Shown here one piece after another: positions 55,807 through 64,000 of a stretch of DNA of 64,000 nt (its first letter is position 1; every line of letters starts with the position of its first letter). Made by a program: the position numbers and the translations under genes. The DNA is from an uncultured Rikenellaceae bacterium. GTDB lineage: Bacteria; Bacteroidota; Bacteroidia; Bacteroidales; VadinHA17. The DNA is taken from contig CAZWLP010000006.1 in NCBI GenBank assembly GCA_964634565.1, positions 6,242 through 70,241 of the forward strand, in the 5' to 3' direction. The notes below the pieces were generated by a model. That model made no database searches. It was given only the letters and a program-made list of their open reading frames with translations, and was not told the DNA's origin.

Positions 55807-57718
55807 ATCCCAGCTTCATTCTCTCCACGGCTTCAATATTAAGCTCATTCGTAACCGCTTTTGCAGCAGGGGTGTAAAGAAACTCAATCAGGTCTGCATA
55901 CTTTTCTGTTACCTTTCCCCTTATTACTTTTACTGTAGCATTTACCAGCCCGTTTTCTTCGGTAAATCCTTCGTCAAGTATTCCAATAGCTGCAGGCAAC
56001 CATCTTTGAGGGAACATTTTTGCATACTTCCCATTTGTGCGGTACTCATTTACCTCTTCTTCTATAAGCATTAATATTGCTTTCTGACCTTCCTCAGAGT
56101 CGGCCGTAAGCCTTTTATCGTCCAGATATGCTTTTAAGGCATGCTGGTTGGGGACAATAAGTGCAACTGTATATGGTCTCTGGTTATTACTAAGAATGCA
56201 CTGATCAATATACTTAGATTGTTCTGTTAATGCCTCTTCAATACTTTCAGGACTGTATTTTTCACCGTCGTCTGAAATAAGAAGGCTCTTAAATCTTCCC
56301 AGCACATATAAGAAGCCATCTTTATCAAGGTAACCAAGATCGCCTGTATGCAGCCATCCGTCCCTTATAACCTCTTTTGTTGCACTTTCATTCTTCCAGT
56401 AGGCATGCATTACATTTCCGCCCTTGATTACTATTTCTCCACTTTCACCTTCAGGCAATGCATTTCCTTCTTCATCACATATTTTAATTTCCATATTATT
56501 GACAGGCGCACCTGAGGAACCCAGCTTATGCTTGTGCTTGGCATTTGCTGATATTACAGGGGATGCTTCTGAAAGACCATATCCCTGGAAAACAGGTGCT
56601 CCTATAGCATAGAAATACCTCTGTAACTCCATATCCAGGAGTGCTGCTCCTCCAACAAAATATTCAAGTTCACCTCCAAAAATATCTCTGATCTTACTGA
56701 ATATTAATTTATCAAACAGCTTTATAAGAGGTAGTTTTATTTTTTGTAATCCCCTGCCCTTATTCCATCCTTCTTTATTGTACGAATAGCTTAGCTTTAA
56801 ACCAATCTCAAACAGGAAGCTGGTTAACTTACCCTTTTCCTTAATTCCCCTGTCAATATTTTTCCTGAAATTTTTCGAAACGGCAGGTGCACTCATAAGG
56901 ATATTTGGCCGTATTTCTTTAAGACAGGAAGGAAGGTTTCGCAGGGTCTCAAGTGGTGTCTTACCTCTTTTAACTGATGCAATACTTGCTCCCTTTCCCA
57001 TAAATGCAAATATTCCCGTTGTATGCGCAAATGAATGGTCCCAGGGTAAAAACAGAAGTGTTTTAAAGAAAGGAGGAATATCAATCAGGCTATAAGCCTG
57101 ATATACATTTGTTATATAATTCCCATGTGTCAGTATTATTCCTTTTGGGTCGGCAGTTGTTCCCGAAGTATAGCATATATTAGCATAGTTGTCTGGTTTA
57201 ATGCCTTTGTATATTTTTTCAAAAGCTTCCCTGTTGACAGGGTCTTCAAGCCAGTTACGTCCTGACTTTCTTATCTCGTTAAAATGAATTTCATTCTCGG
57301 CGTACTCTTCGCGGGTTTCAAAATATATTATCTTTTCAATGGTTTTGCATTCGTCCAGAACCTCATGTAGTTTTTGAGCCTGTACAGACGATACCATTAC
57401 AAAGCGAGAGTCTGAATGATTTAGCCGGAACTTTACTTCATCAGCATTTAATTTAACAGATAATGGTACGTTAACTGCTCCGATATAAAGTATGCCTAAT
57501 TCGCCTATTACCCAGTTATTACATCCTTCGGAAAGTAAACTTATTCTATCACCTTCCTTTATTCCCATTTGTAACAGGCCGGCTGCAAACTCGTGAACCT
57601 GTTTTCTGGTTTCACTATAGCTTGTTCCCTCGTATTTATCCTGTAGTTTTTCCCACAGATAAACATTATCTGAATACTTCTCAACGTTCTCTTCAAAAAA
57701 TTGAATAATAGATTTCAT
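55805..57718 (-). CDS. Long-chain fatty-acid--CoA ligase (AMP-binding family)
   Basis: 637 aa with the AMP-binding motif YTSGTTADPKGIILTHGN and GWLHTGDLG. Confidence 0.8.
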   Translation of the reverse strand: MKSIIQFFEENVEKYSDNVYLWEKLQDKYEGTSYSETRKQVHEFAAGLLQMGIKEGDRISLLSEGCNNWVIGELGILYIGAVNVPLSVKLNADEVKFRLNHSDSRFVMVSSVQAQKLHEVLDECKTIEKIIYFETREEYAENEIHFNEIRKSGRNWLEDPVNREAFEKIYKGIKPDNYANICYTSGTTADPKGIILTHGNYITNVYQAYSLIDIPPFFKTLLFLPWDHSFAHTTGIFAFMGKGASIASVKRGKTPLETLRNLPSCLKEIRPNILMSAPAVSKNFRKNIDRGIKEKGKLTSFLFEIGLKLSYSYNKEGWNKGRGLQKIKLPLIKLFDKLIFSKIRDIFGGELEYFVGGAALLDMELQRYFYAIGAPVFQGYGLSEASPVISANAKHKHKLGSSGAPVNNMEIKICDEEGNALPEGESGEIVIKGGNVMHAYWKNESATKEVIRDGWLHTGDLGYLDKDGFLYVLGRFKSLLISDDGEKYSPESIEEALTEQSKYIDQCILSNNQRPYTVALIVPNQHALKAYLDDKRLTADSEEGQKAILMLIEEEVNEYRTNGKYAKMFPQRWLPAAIGILDEGFTEENGLVNATVKVIRGKVTEKYADLIEFLYTPAAKAVTNELNIEAVERMKLG

Positions 57719-57875
57719 TCCTGGATATTTTACTTGTTTCTTAATCTATCTAAGATAAATATTTTTTTTGTAGTTATGCCCAGAGTATACCATCAACTGT
57801 CTTCAGACGTTAATAATTTGTATATTTGTGGTGGATATACTTGAAATAATGCTTTTTAACTTAAAATTTATAAAG

Positions 57876-58349
57876 ATGCGTAATACACTAATTATTGCTG
57901 TCGCTCTCCTCTTATCACTCTCTTCATGTAAATTTATCAAAGAAAAAGGCTGGTTTGGAACCAGTAAGGCAGATACACTTGTTGCCTGGCAGGCAAAACA
58001 GGATTCGATCAGGCTTGCTGACTCAGTAGCAATTGAGATAGAGAAGATGAAGATGATAGAACAGGCAAGGTTAGACTCGCTTCAGGCGATTGAGGATGAA
58101 CGACAGGAGTGGGAGGCCCGCTATAAATATCATATTATAGTTGGCAGCTTTCTAACACCCGAATATGCAAAGGACTATGTCGATATGTACAAATCTATGG
58201 GTTATGATGCAAAAATTGTAATGGACTCAGCCAACAGATTCAACCTGGTTTCGGCAGAAGTTCATGAATCTATCTCTGAAGCTATTAACCGACTGGTATG
58301 CTATCAGGATACTGTTAATTTTGAATCCTGGCTCTATATTAAAAATTAA
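57876..58349 (+). CDS. SPOR-domain lipoprotein
   Basis: Start taken at the ATG at 57876 (MRNTLIIAVALLLSLSSC, a lipobox). The C-terminus is SPOR-like (YHIIVGSFLTPEYAKDYV....GYDAKIV). Confidence 0.6.
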   Translation: MRNTLIIAVALLLSLSSCKFIKEKGWFGTSKADTLVAWQAKQDSIRLADSVAIEIEKMKMIEQARLDSLQAIEDERQEWEARYKYHIIVGSFLTPEYAKDYVDMYKSMGYDAKIVMDSANRFNLVSAEVHESISEAINRLVCYQDTVNFESWLYIKN

Positions 58350-59620
58350 GATCTGAATATAGTTTGTTCCCTGTCAGGTCCAACAGAGATTAACGATACA
58401 GGAAGGCCTGTTTCCTTCTCAATTAATGTTACATAGTTTTTCAGAGCTAGGGGAAGTAATTTATAATCCCTTATTTTGGTTATATCTTCCTGCCATCCTT
58501 CAATCTCAATAAACTGAGGTATTCCGGTTGTCTGGTGATCGAAAGGTATTTCATCGCTAATATTATCGCCAAACATATAAGCAGTACATATTCGAATAGT
58601 ATCAAAGCCGGTCAGGACATCAGCCTTGGTCATGTAAAGCTGCGTAACACCGTTTATCATGCACGAATATTTTAATGCAGGAAGGTCGAGCCAGCCCGTT
58701 CTTCTTGGCCTTCCCGTTGTGGATCCATATTCAAATCCCTGGTCACGCAGTTTCTGACCCAGATCATTATCCTGTTCGGTAGGGAAGGGGCCACTGCCTA
58801 CTCTCGTGCAATACGCTTTAAAGATGCCGAATATTTCGCCAATTGACCTGGGCGAAACACCCATACCTGTACAGGCCCCTGCACTAACTGTATTGGATGA
58901 AGTAACAAAGGGATAAGATCCAAAATCTATATCAAGAAGTGTTCCCTGTGCTCCTTCGGCAAGGATTTTCCTACCCGATGTCAATGCCTTATTAATCAGG
59001 TACTCAGTATTAATAATATTGAATTTTTTTATCAGATCAATTCCTTCAAACCAGCCTGCTTCATATTCACTTAAATTATAGTCAAGGTCGTAATTCTTAA
59101 GAATATCAATGTGCCTGAGTATATGCTGATCGTAGATATCCCGGAAATTATCCTTTAAGATATCACCGACTCTCAGTCCGTTGCGGCTTGTCTTATCGGT
59201 ATAGGCCGGACCAATACCTTTTAGCGTGGAGCCAATCTTAGATTTGCCTTTCGACTTCTCATAGGCTGTATCAAGTATCCTGTGAGTAGGTAAGATCAAA
59301 TGAGCCTTGGATGAAATTATCAGATTGTTAAACAGGTCGGGAGCTTCTGAAATAAGCTCATCAATTTCCTTTTTAAACACTGAAGGATCGAGTACAACAC
59401 CATTTCCGATTATATTTATCTTGTCGGGGTGAAATATCCCTGAAGGAATAGTATGAAGAATATATTTCTTGTTGTTAAACTCGAGGGTATGTCCTGCATT
59501 GGGTCCTCCCTGAAATCTTGTAATAATATCATATTCAGGAGTTAATGCATCAACAATCTTCCCTTTTCCTTCGTCTCCCCATTGTAATCCCAGCAGGACA
59601 TCTATCTTGTTCATATACAA
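58346..59620 (-). CDS. purA: Adenylosuccinate synthase
   Basis: 424 aa with the QWGDEGKGK P-loop and the GIGPAY and TGWLD-type motifs. Its stop overlaps the convergent SPOR gene stop by 4 nt (ttaa). Confidence 0.93.
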   Translation of the reverse strand: MYMNKIDVLLGLQWGDEGKGKIVDALTPEYDIITRFQGGPNAGHTLEFNNKKYILHTIPSGIFHPDKINIIGNGVVLDPSVFKKEIDELISEAPDLFNNLIISSKAHLILPTHRILDTAYEKSKGKSKIGSTLKGIGPAYTDKTSRNGLRVGDILKDNFRDIYDQHILRHIDILKNYDLDYNLSEYEAGWFEGIDLIKKFNIINTEYLINKALTSGRKILAEGAQGTLLDIDFGSYPFVTSSNTVSAGACTGMGVSPRSIGEIFGIFKAYCTRVGSGPFPTEQDNDLGQKLRDQGFEYGSTTGRPRRTGWLDLPALKYSCMINGVTQLYMTKADVLTGFDTIRICTAYMFGDNISDEIPFDHQTTGIPQFIEIEGWQEDITKIRDYKLLPLALKNYVTLIEKETGLPVSLISVGPDREQTIFRS

Positions 59621-59717
59621 ATGTATAATATTAAAAAAGAGTTCGCAAAATACGCTTTTTTTTCCTTAATTTCTATTGAAATGGTATGTTGTTAATAACT
59701 AAAGAGGCAGGTTGTAA

Positions 59718-60173
59718 CTATTCTTTTTCTTCGCTATTGTCTTTCCTGACGCCGTAGATATAAAGGGAGTGATAGAGTGGTTTGAAGTTATTTAATTCGC
59801 ATGCTGTATTTATAATCTCATGAATTCTGGGGTCGCAAAATTCAATAACTTTACCCGAATCAGTATCGATAAGATGATCATGCTGTCCGCACTGGTAGGC
59901 ACGTTCAAATTGAGCAATGTTTTTTCCAAACTGGTGTTTAATTACAAGGTTACAATCAAGGAGAAGTTCAATAGTATTATATAGAGTCGCACGGCTAACC
60001 CTGTAATTTTTATTCTTCATAAAGATATAGAGTGACTCAATATCAAAGTGCCCCGTCCTGGAGTAAATTTCATCCAGAATAGCAAATCTCTCAGGTGTTT
60101 TCCTGTGTCCCTTTTTTTCAAGGTATTCTGTAAAGATTTGCTTTACTGTTTTCCTTGTCTCTTCACTAATCAT
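59718..60173 (-). CDS. Fur family transcriptional regulator
   Basis: 151 aa with a winged-helix N-terminus ([11 protein letters not shown]) and an HDHLID metal-site region. Confidence 0.75.
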   Translation of the reverse strand: MISEETRKTVKQIFTEYLEKKGHRKTPERFAILDEIYSRTGHFDIESLYIFMKNKNYRVSRATLYNTIELLLDCNLVIKHQFGKNIAQFERAYQCGQHDHLIDTDSGKVIEFCDPRIHEIINTACELNNFKPLYHSLYIYGVRKDNSEEKE

Positions 60174-60255
60174 ATTTAGTCTTGATTAAAATAATAAAAT
60201 TAGTTGTTTTTTACTTAATTCCCAATAAGTCTGTAAAACATTATAGTACGGAGGT

Positions 60256-62499
60256 TTAAGCGAAATTTTCCACTCTTTTTACACTATCAACGCCCTTTAT
60301 ACTAACAAGTTTAAGAATCAGGTTGTTAAGGTCCTTGCTATGATGCACATACAGATCTATAGTACCTTCAAAAATACCGTCATGAACCGTTACATTTACA
60401 TTCCGCATATTTACATTCAGCTCATCTGATATTATACCGGTAACCTCGCTTACAATTCCTATCCGGTCAATACCGGTAAGCTGAATTCTTGCCAGGAAGG
60501 ATACAATTTTATGAATGGTCCATTTTACTGCTACGAGCCTGTTGCCTTCACTCGACATTAATCTTATTGCTACCGGGCATTTGGGTTTGTGAATTATTAT
60601 TGAATTATCCGGAGACAGGTATCCAATTACTTCATCTCCGGGTATAGGTTTGCAGCATTTGGCAATTTCGTATGATTGACCGTTATCATCAACACTTTCC
60701 CTTATAAGATATGGCTCCCTCTTATCGATCTTATTAATATTTTCACGAGTTTTCTTATCAGTTTTTTGGAAAGCTGCAAGTTTCAGTTCCCAGTACTTTA
60801 CAATCTTATTGCTGGGGTTTTTTCTTACGATCTTCTTGATATTATTAAGTGATATGGATTCTGAACCTACCTTATTATAAAGTTCTTCTTTTGACAATAC
60901 ATCGTATGCAGGCAGAAGTTTTTCAAACAGATCTGATCCTGGTTTATTAATACCAATTTCCTGAAGTTTCTCATCGAGTATCTTCTTCCCTCTGGCATTT
61001 ATAATCTTAATCTCAGCCCTCAGAGATTGTTTAATGGCAGATTTTGCTTTTGCAAGCGTTGCAAAATCAAGCCATTCTTTTACCGGACTTGCTTTTTCAC
61101 TTGTGATAATTTCAACCTGGTCGCCACTCTGCAAAATAGTGTTCAGTGGCATCAGTTTGTAATTTATTTTTGTACCGATGGCATTATTACCTACCTCTGT
61201 ATGTATTTCATAAGCGAAATCAATTGCAGTGGCTCCTTTTGGCAGAGTAATAATATTACCTTTAGGTGTAAACACCATTATCTCCGAGGAGAAGAGGTTC
61301 ATCTTAAATTCATCCAGAAATTCAATAGGATCCTGACTAGGATTATCAAGCATTTCCCGGATCTTCTTAATCCATTTATCAAGTTCGCTTTCCGAAGAAT
61401 TATCGCCCTTATATTTCCAGTGCGATGCATATCCTCTTTCGGCGAATTCATCCATCCTGGCACTCCGGATCTGTACTTCAACCCATCTTCCGTGTGGTCC
61501 CATTACAGTCAGGTGCAGGGCTTCATAACCATTTGCCTTAGGTCTGCTTACCCAGTCCCGAAGCCTGTCAGGCTTCGGCATATATATGTCTGTAATGGCT
61601 GAGTAGATATTCCAGCATGTTGTTTTCTCAGGAATATTTTCCTGGGCTTCAAAAACAATCCTGACCGCAAGTATATCGTATATCTCCTCGAACGGAACAT
61701 TTTTGGTTTGCATCTTTTTCCAGACAGAGTAAATCGACTTGGGTCTGCCGGTTATATCAAATTTTAGTCCGTCGGCTTCCAGCTTCTCAATTATGGGTAG
61801 CGAGAAACGGTTTATCATTGACTGATTACGCTTCTCACCATGTTTCATCTTCCTGGTTATCTCGTCATAAATCTTTGGGTGCCGGTATTTGAGACTCAGA
61901 TCCTCCAGTTCGGTCTTTATCGCAAACAGACCAAGTCTGTGGGCAAGCGGAGCATATAAGTAGATGGTTTCTCCTGCAACCTTCATCTTCTTCCTTTCAG
62001 GCAGAGAATCCAGAGTTCTCATATTATGAAGCCTGTCTGCAGTCTTAATCAGAATTACCCTGAGATCGTCTGAGAGGGTAAGTAACATTTTTCTGAAATT
62101 TTCGGCCTGCAGGGAGTTATTTTCATTATTATAGGTGCCTGATATTTTAGTAAGCCCATCTATTATAGAAGCAATTTTATCGCCAAAATGCATCCTGATG
62201 TCATCAAGAGTATATTCTGTATCCTCAACCACATCATGTAAGAGAGCACTTGCAATAGACTTTGCGCCAAGACCGATCTCATGATTTACAATTTTTGCTA
62301 CTTCTATGGGGTGAATAATATAGGGTTCACCTGATCGGCGTCGCATATTAATATGCGCCTTATTAGCCAGATCAAATGCCTTTCCTATTAATTCCTTATC
62401 GCCTGGTTTATTACACCTGAGCAGGTTATTAATAAGTTCTTTATATTCGCGATTGATCAGCGTGAAATCTTCCTCTGTGAATATATCTTTCTTCCCCAT
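60256..62499 (-). CDS. Bifunctional (p)ppGpp synthetase/hydrolase (RelA/SpoT homologue)
   Basis: HD hydrolase motif (HDVVEDT), RelA_SpoT synthetase region, then TGS and ACT-like C-terminal domains. Start taken at the ATG at 62499 (MGKKDIF...). The ORF-track start at 62523 is TTG. Confidence 0.88.
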   Translation of the reverse strand: MGKKDIFTEEDFTLINREYKELINNLLRCNKPGDKELIGKAFDLANKAHINMRRRSGEPYIIHPIEVAKIVNHEIGLGAKSIASALLHDVVEDTEYTLDDIRMHFGDKIASIIDGLTKISGTYNNENNSLQAENFRKMLLTLSDDLRVILIKTADRLHNMRTLDSLPERKKMKVAGETIYLYAPLAHRLGLFAIKTELEDLSLKYRHPKIYDEITRKMKHGEKRNQSMINRFSLPIIEKLEADGLKFDITGRPKSIYSVWKKMQTKNVPFEEIYDILAVRIVFEAQENIPEKTTCWNIYSAITDIYMPKPDRLRDWVSRPKANGYEALHLTVMGPHGRWVEVQIRSARMDEFAERGYASHWKYKGDNSSESELDKWIKKIREMLDNPSQDPIEFLDEFKMNLFSSEIMVFTPKGNIITLPKGATAIDFAYEIHTEVGNNAIGTKINYKLMPLNTILQSGDQVEIITSEKASPVKEWLDFATLAKAKSAIKQSLRAEIKIINARGKKILDEKLQEIGINKPGSDLFEKLLPAYDVLSKEELYNKVGSESISLNNIKKIVRKNPSNKIVKYWELKLAAFQKTDKKTRENINKIDKREPYLIRESVDDNGQSYEIAKCCKPIPGDEVIGYLSPDNSIIIHKPKCPVAIRLMSSEGNRLVAVKWTIHKIVSFLARIQLTGIDRIGIVSEVTGIISDELNVNMRNVNVTVHDGIFEGTIDLYVHHSKDLNNLILKLVSIKGVDSVKRVENFA

Positions 62500-62568
62500 A
62501 TTGTTGTATAACGCCGTATACAAAGATAAATATTAATAAGGCAATGCAAACACTAAAAATTGTCAATA

Positions 62569-64000
62569 TTAGTTAAAAATAATTGTTACTGTTCCTTTTC
62601 TAAAAATTTCCTTTCCTCCTGGTGTTGTTAGCTCAATAAACCACAGATATACATCAGGTTGAAGAGTTTTCCCCCCATGTGTTCCATCCCACTGCTCAAG
62701 ATAATCATCTGTACTGAAAACAGTTATTCCTGAGCGGGTTTTAATATATAGCCGGTATTTTTTTGGTGTAAAGGGAATAGTAGGATAGAAGGTTTCGTTT
62801 AGGAGGTCTCCGTCGGGGGTAAATGCGTTTGGAACAAATATTTCAGTCGGAGTATTTATGCAACTTATCTGAGATATGCTATTGTTATTTATGGAGTAAG
62901 GATTATTGTGCTCAATAGCTTCAACCTGATAGCAGATATAGTCGTCGTTATTTTGATAAATAAAGTTTTTCATCGGTTCCTGGTAGATCGTGTCGCCCGG
63001 AGGATTAGAGGCAATAAATGTCTTTTGTTCATTTATTATACGGTAAATATTATACTCCAATAAATCTCCGTTAAAATCGAGATAATCCGACCATTTTATT
63101 TTAATCTCTTTTTGTTCAATTACAATATCAGTGGCAATAGCTGTAATCAGATTTGAATATACTACTGCCAGGTTGCATATATTGATCGCTGAAAGTCTGA
63201 AGTATACCGGAGCGCTCTTAATAATGCCTGCCTGCTCTGTGATATTGCCGGTATTGTTATTTATATCTTTAATTGCTGTAAAGGGTCCATTGGGATTATC
63301 AGCCTTTTCCAGGCGGAATAGTTCTATTTCTGAATCAGTGTCGTAAGTAAAAGATACTTCAATATTATTCTGATTATCAATCCTCGAATAGTCTCCGTTT
63401 ATCCACAGAGGAGGTCTTATAATATCTGTTTCAATACAATTTCTGTTGGATGAAGATATATATGCTCCCTCGATATGTGCTTCAACGCGAAAGCAGTAAG
63501 TATGATCAGTTTCAAAATTTTCATATAAATAAGTAGTGATGCCGCCTGCTGTACTTCCTGTGATTGATTCCGGTCCACTGTCTTTAGAAACATAAATTGA
63601 ATATTCATTAACAGGGAAGGGAGAATCATTATACTGGTTCCAGTTAATTATTATTCTTTGATTGCAGGTGTCGAGCAGTGTAGATGCGAAAATGGTATGC
63701 AATGGGTTGGAGAGCAGACTAACATTATCTGATGAGTCGATTGCTGCAATAACATAGTCGATACTGTAACTGTTTGCAAAGGCTGCGGTATAAATATAGC
63801 TTGTAGCCAGGGGATCGAATACTGTATCAACAGGTTCACCCTGTCCGTTGCTGTAGGTATATATTACGTAGGCAGCTACATCCGGAGAGCCTCCCGGAGT
63901 CCATAGAAGGTGTGAAAATCCGTTTGCCGGGTCTACAGTAACCTGAGTAAGTTGAGGTGAAACGGGACTTTCATTATCCTGCCCTATAAGGTTTATTGGC
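62569..64000 (-). CDS. T9SS type-B sorting-domain surface protein, 5'-truncated by the window end
   Basis: C-terminal motif VPNAFTPDGDLLNETF...W.G...G......VY.W. I translated the frame upstream of the tracked TTG start at 63702 and it stays open to base 64000. The gene therefore begins outside the window. Confidence 0.75.
   Translation of the reverse strand, partial: PINLIGQDNESPVSPQLTQVTVDPANGFSHLLWTPGGSPDVAAYVIYTYSNGQGEPVDTVFDPLATSYIYTAAFANSYSIDYVIAAIDSSDNVSLLSNPLHTIFASTLLDTCNQRIIINWNQYNDSPFPVNEYSIYVSKDSGPESITGSTAGGITTYLYENFETDHTYCFRVEAHIEGAYISSSNRNCIETDIIRPPLWINGDYSRIDNQNNIEVSFTYDTDSEIELFRLEKADNPNGPFTAIKDINNNTGNITEQAGIIKSAPVYFRLSAINICNLAVVYSNLITAIATDIVIEQKEIKIKWSDYLDFNGDLLEYNIYRIINEQKTFIASNPPGDTIYQEPMKNFIYQNNDDYICYQVEAIEHNNPYSINNNSISQISCINTPTEIFVPNAFTPDGDLLNETFYPTIPFTPKKYRLYIKTRSGITVFSTDDYLEQWDGTHGGKTLQPDVYLWFIELTTPGGKEIFRKGTVTIIFN

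Noticed and set aside
62569-63702. Complete 377-aa gene starting at 63702
   Set aside because: The listed start is a TTG. The same frame remains open with no stop through base 64000, so this is the 3' part of a larger gene truncated by the window.

Overview
AT-rich (by eye, high-30s % GC) chromosomal segment from an anaerobic member of the Bacteroidota. The phylum call rests on T9SS type-B C-terminal sorting domains, TTTG/TAnnTTTG-type promoter boxes, a divergent xerD-aroQ pair, and the presence of PPDK, rubrerythrin, rubredoxin and a Na+-pumping decarboxylase. All protein calls come from reading motifs in the supplied translations; no database search was possible.

The window is mostly core metabolism:
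- PEP/pyruvate node: pckA, ppdK, pyk.
- A 7-gene aromatic amino-acid operon: pheA, aminotransferase, DAHP synthase/chorismate mutase, aroB, aroA, aroC, tyrA.
- A probable 8-gene operon: methylmalonyl-CoA epimerase, Na+-translocating methylmalonyl-CoA decarboxylase, citrate lyase (fused CitD-CitE plus CitF) and a rubredoxin the ORF track missed.
- A larC-larE-larB-wbqC operon (nickel-pincer cofactor maturation) with no larA in the window.
- Housekeeping genes: tilS, proS, purA, fur, relA/spoT, nth, xerD, plsY.
- Two T9SS cargo proteins.

No rRNA, tRNA, CRISPR array, transposase or recognisable defence system was seen.

Most interesting observations:
1. Two tandem 121-nt leader-peptide attenuator modules with Tyr/Phe-rich leaders lie directly upstream of pheA.
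2. A Tat-exported, Cys-poor DUF362 protein is paired with a fused NapH-NapG-like membrane polyferredoxin, divergent from the orphan lar operon.
3. Two adjacent secreted proteins of extreme low complexity (Tyr/Asn/Gly-rich core, Arg/Ser/Thr-rich tail) are followed by a FadL/PorV-like outer-membrane barrel.
4. Short-period (7-8 bp) tandem repeat arrays form composite intergenic elements, present as inverted copies at about 173-345 and about 5961-6064.
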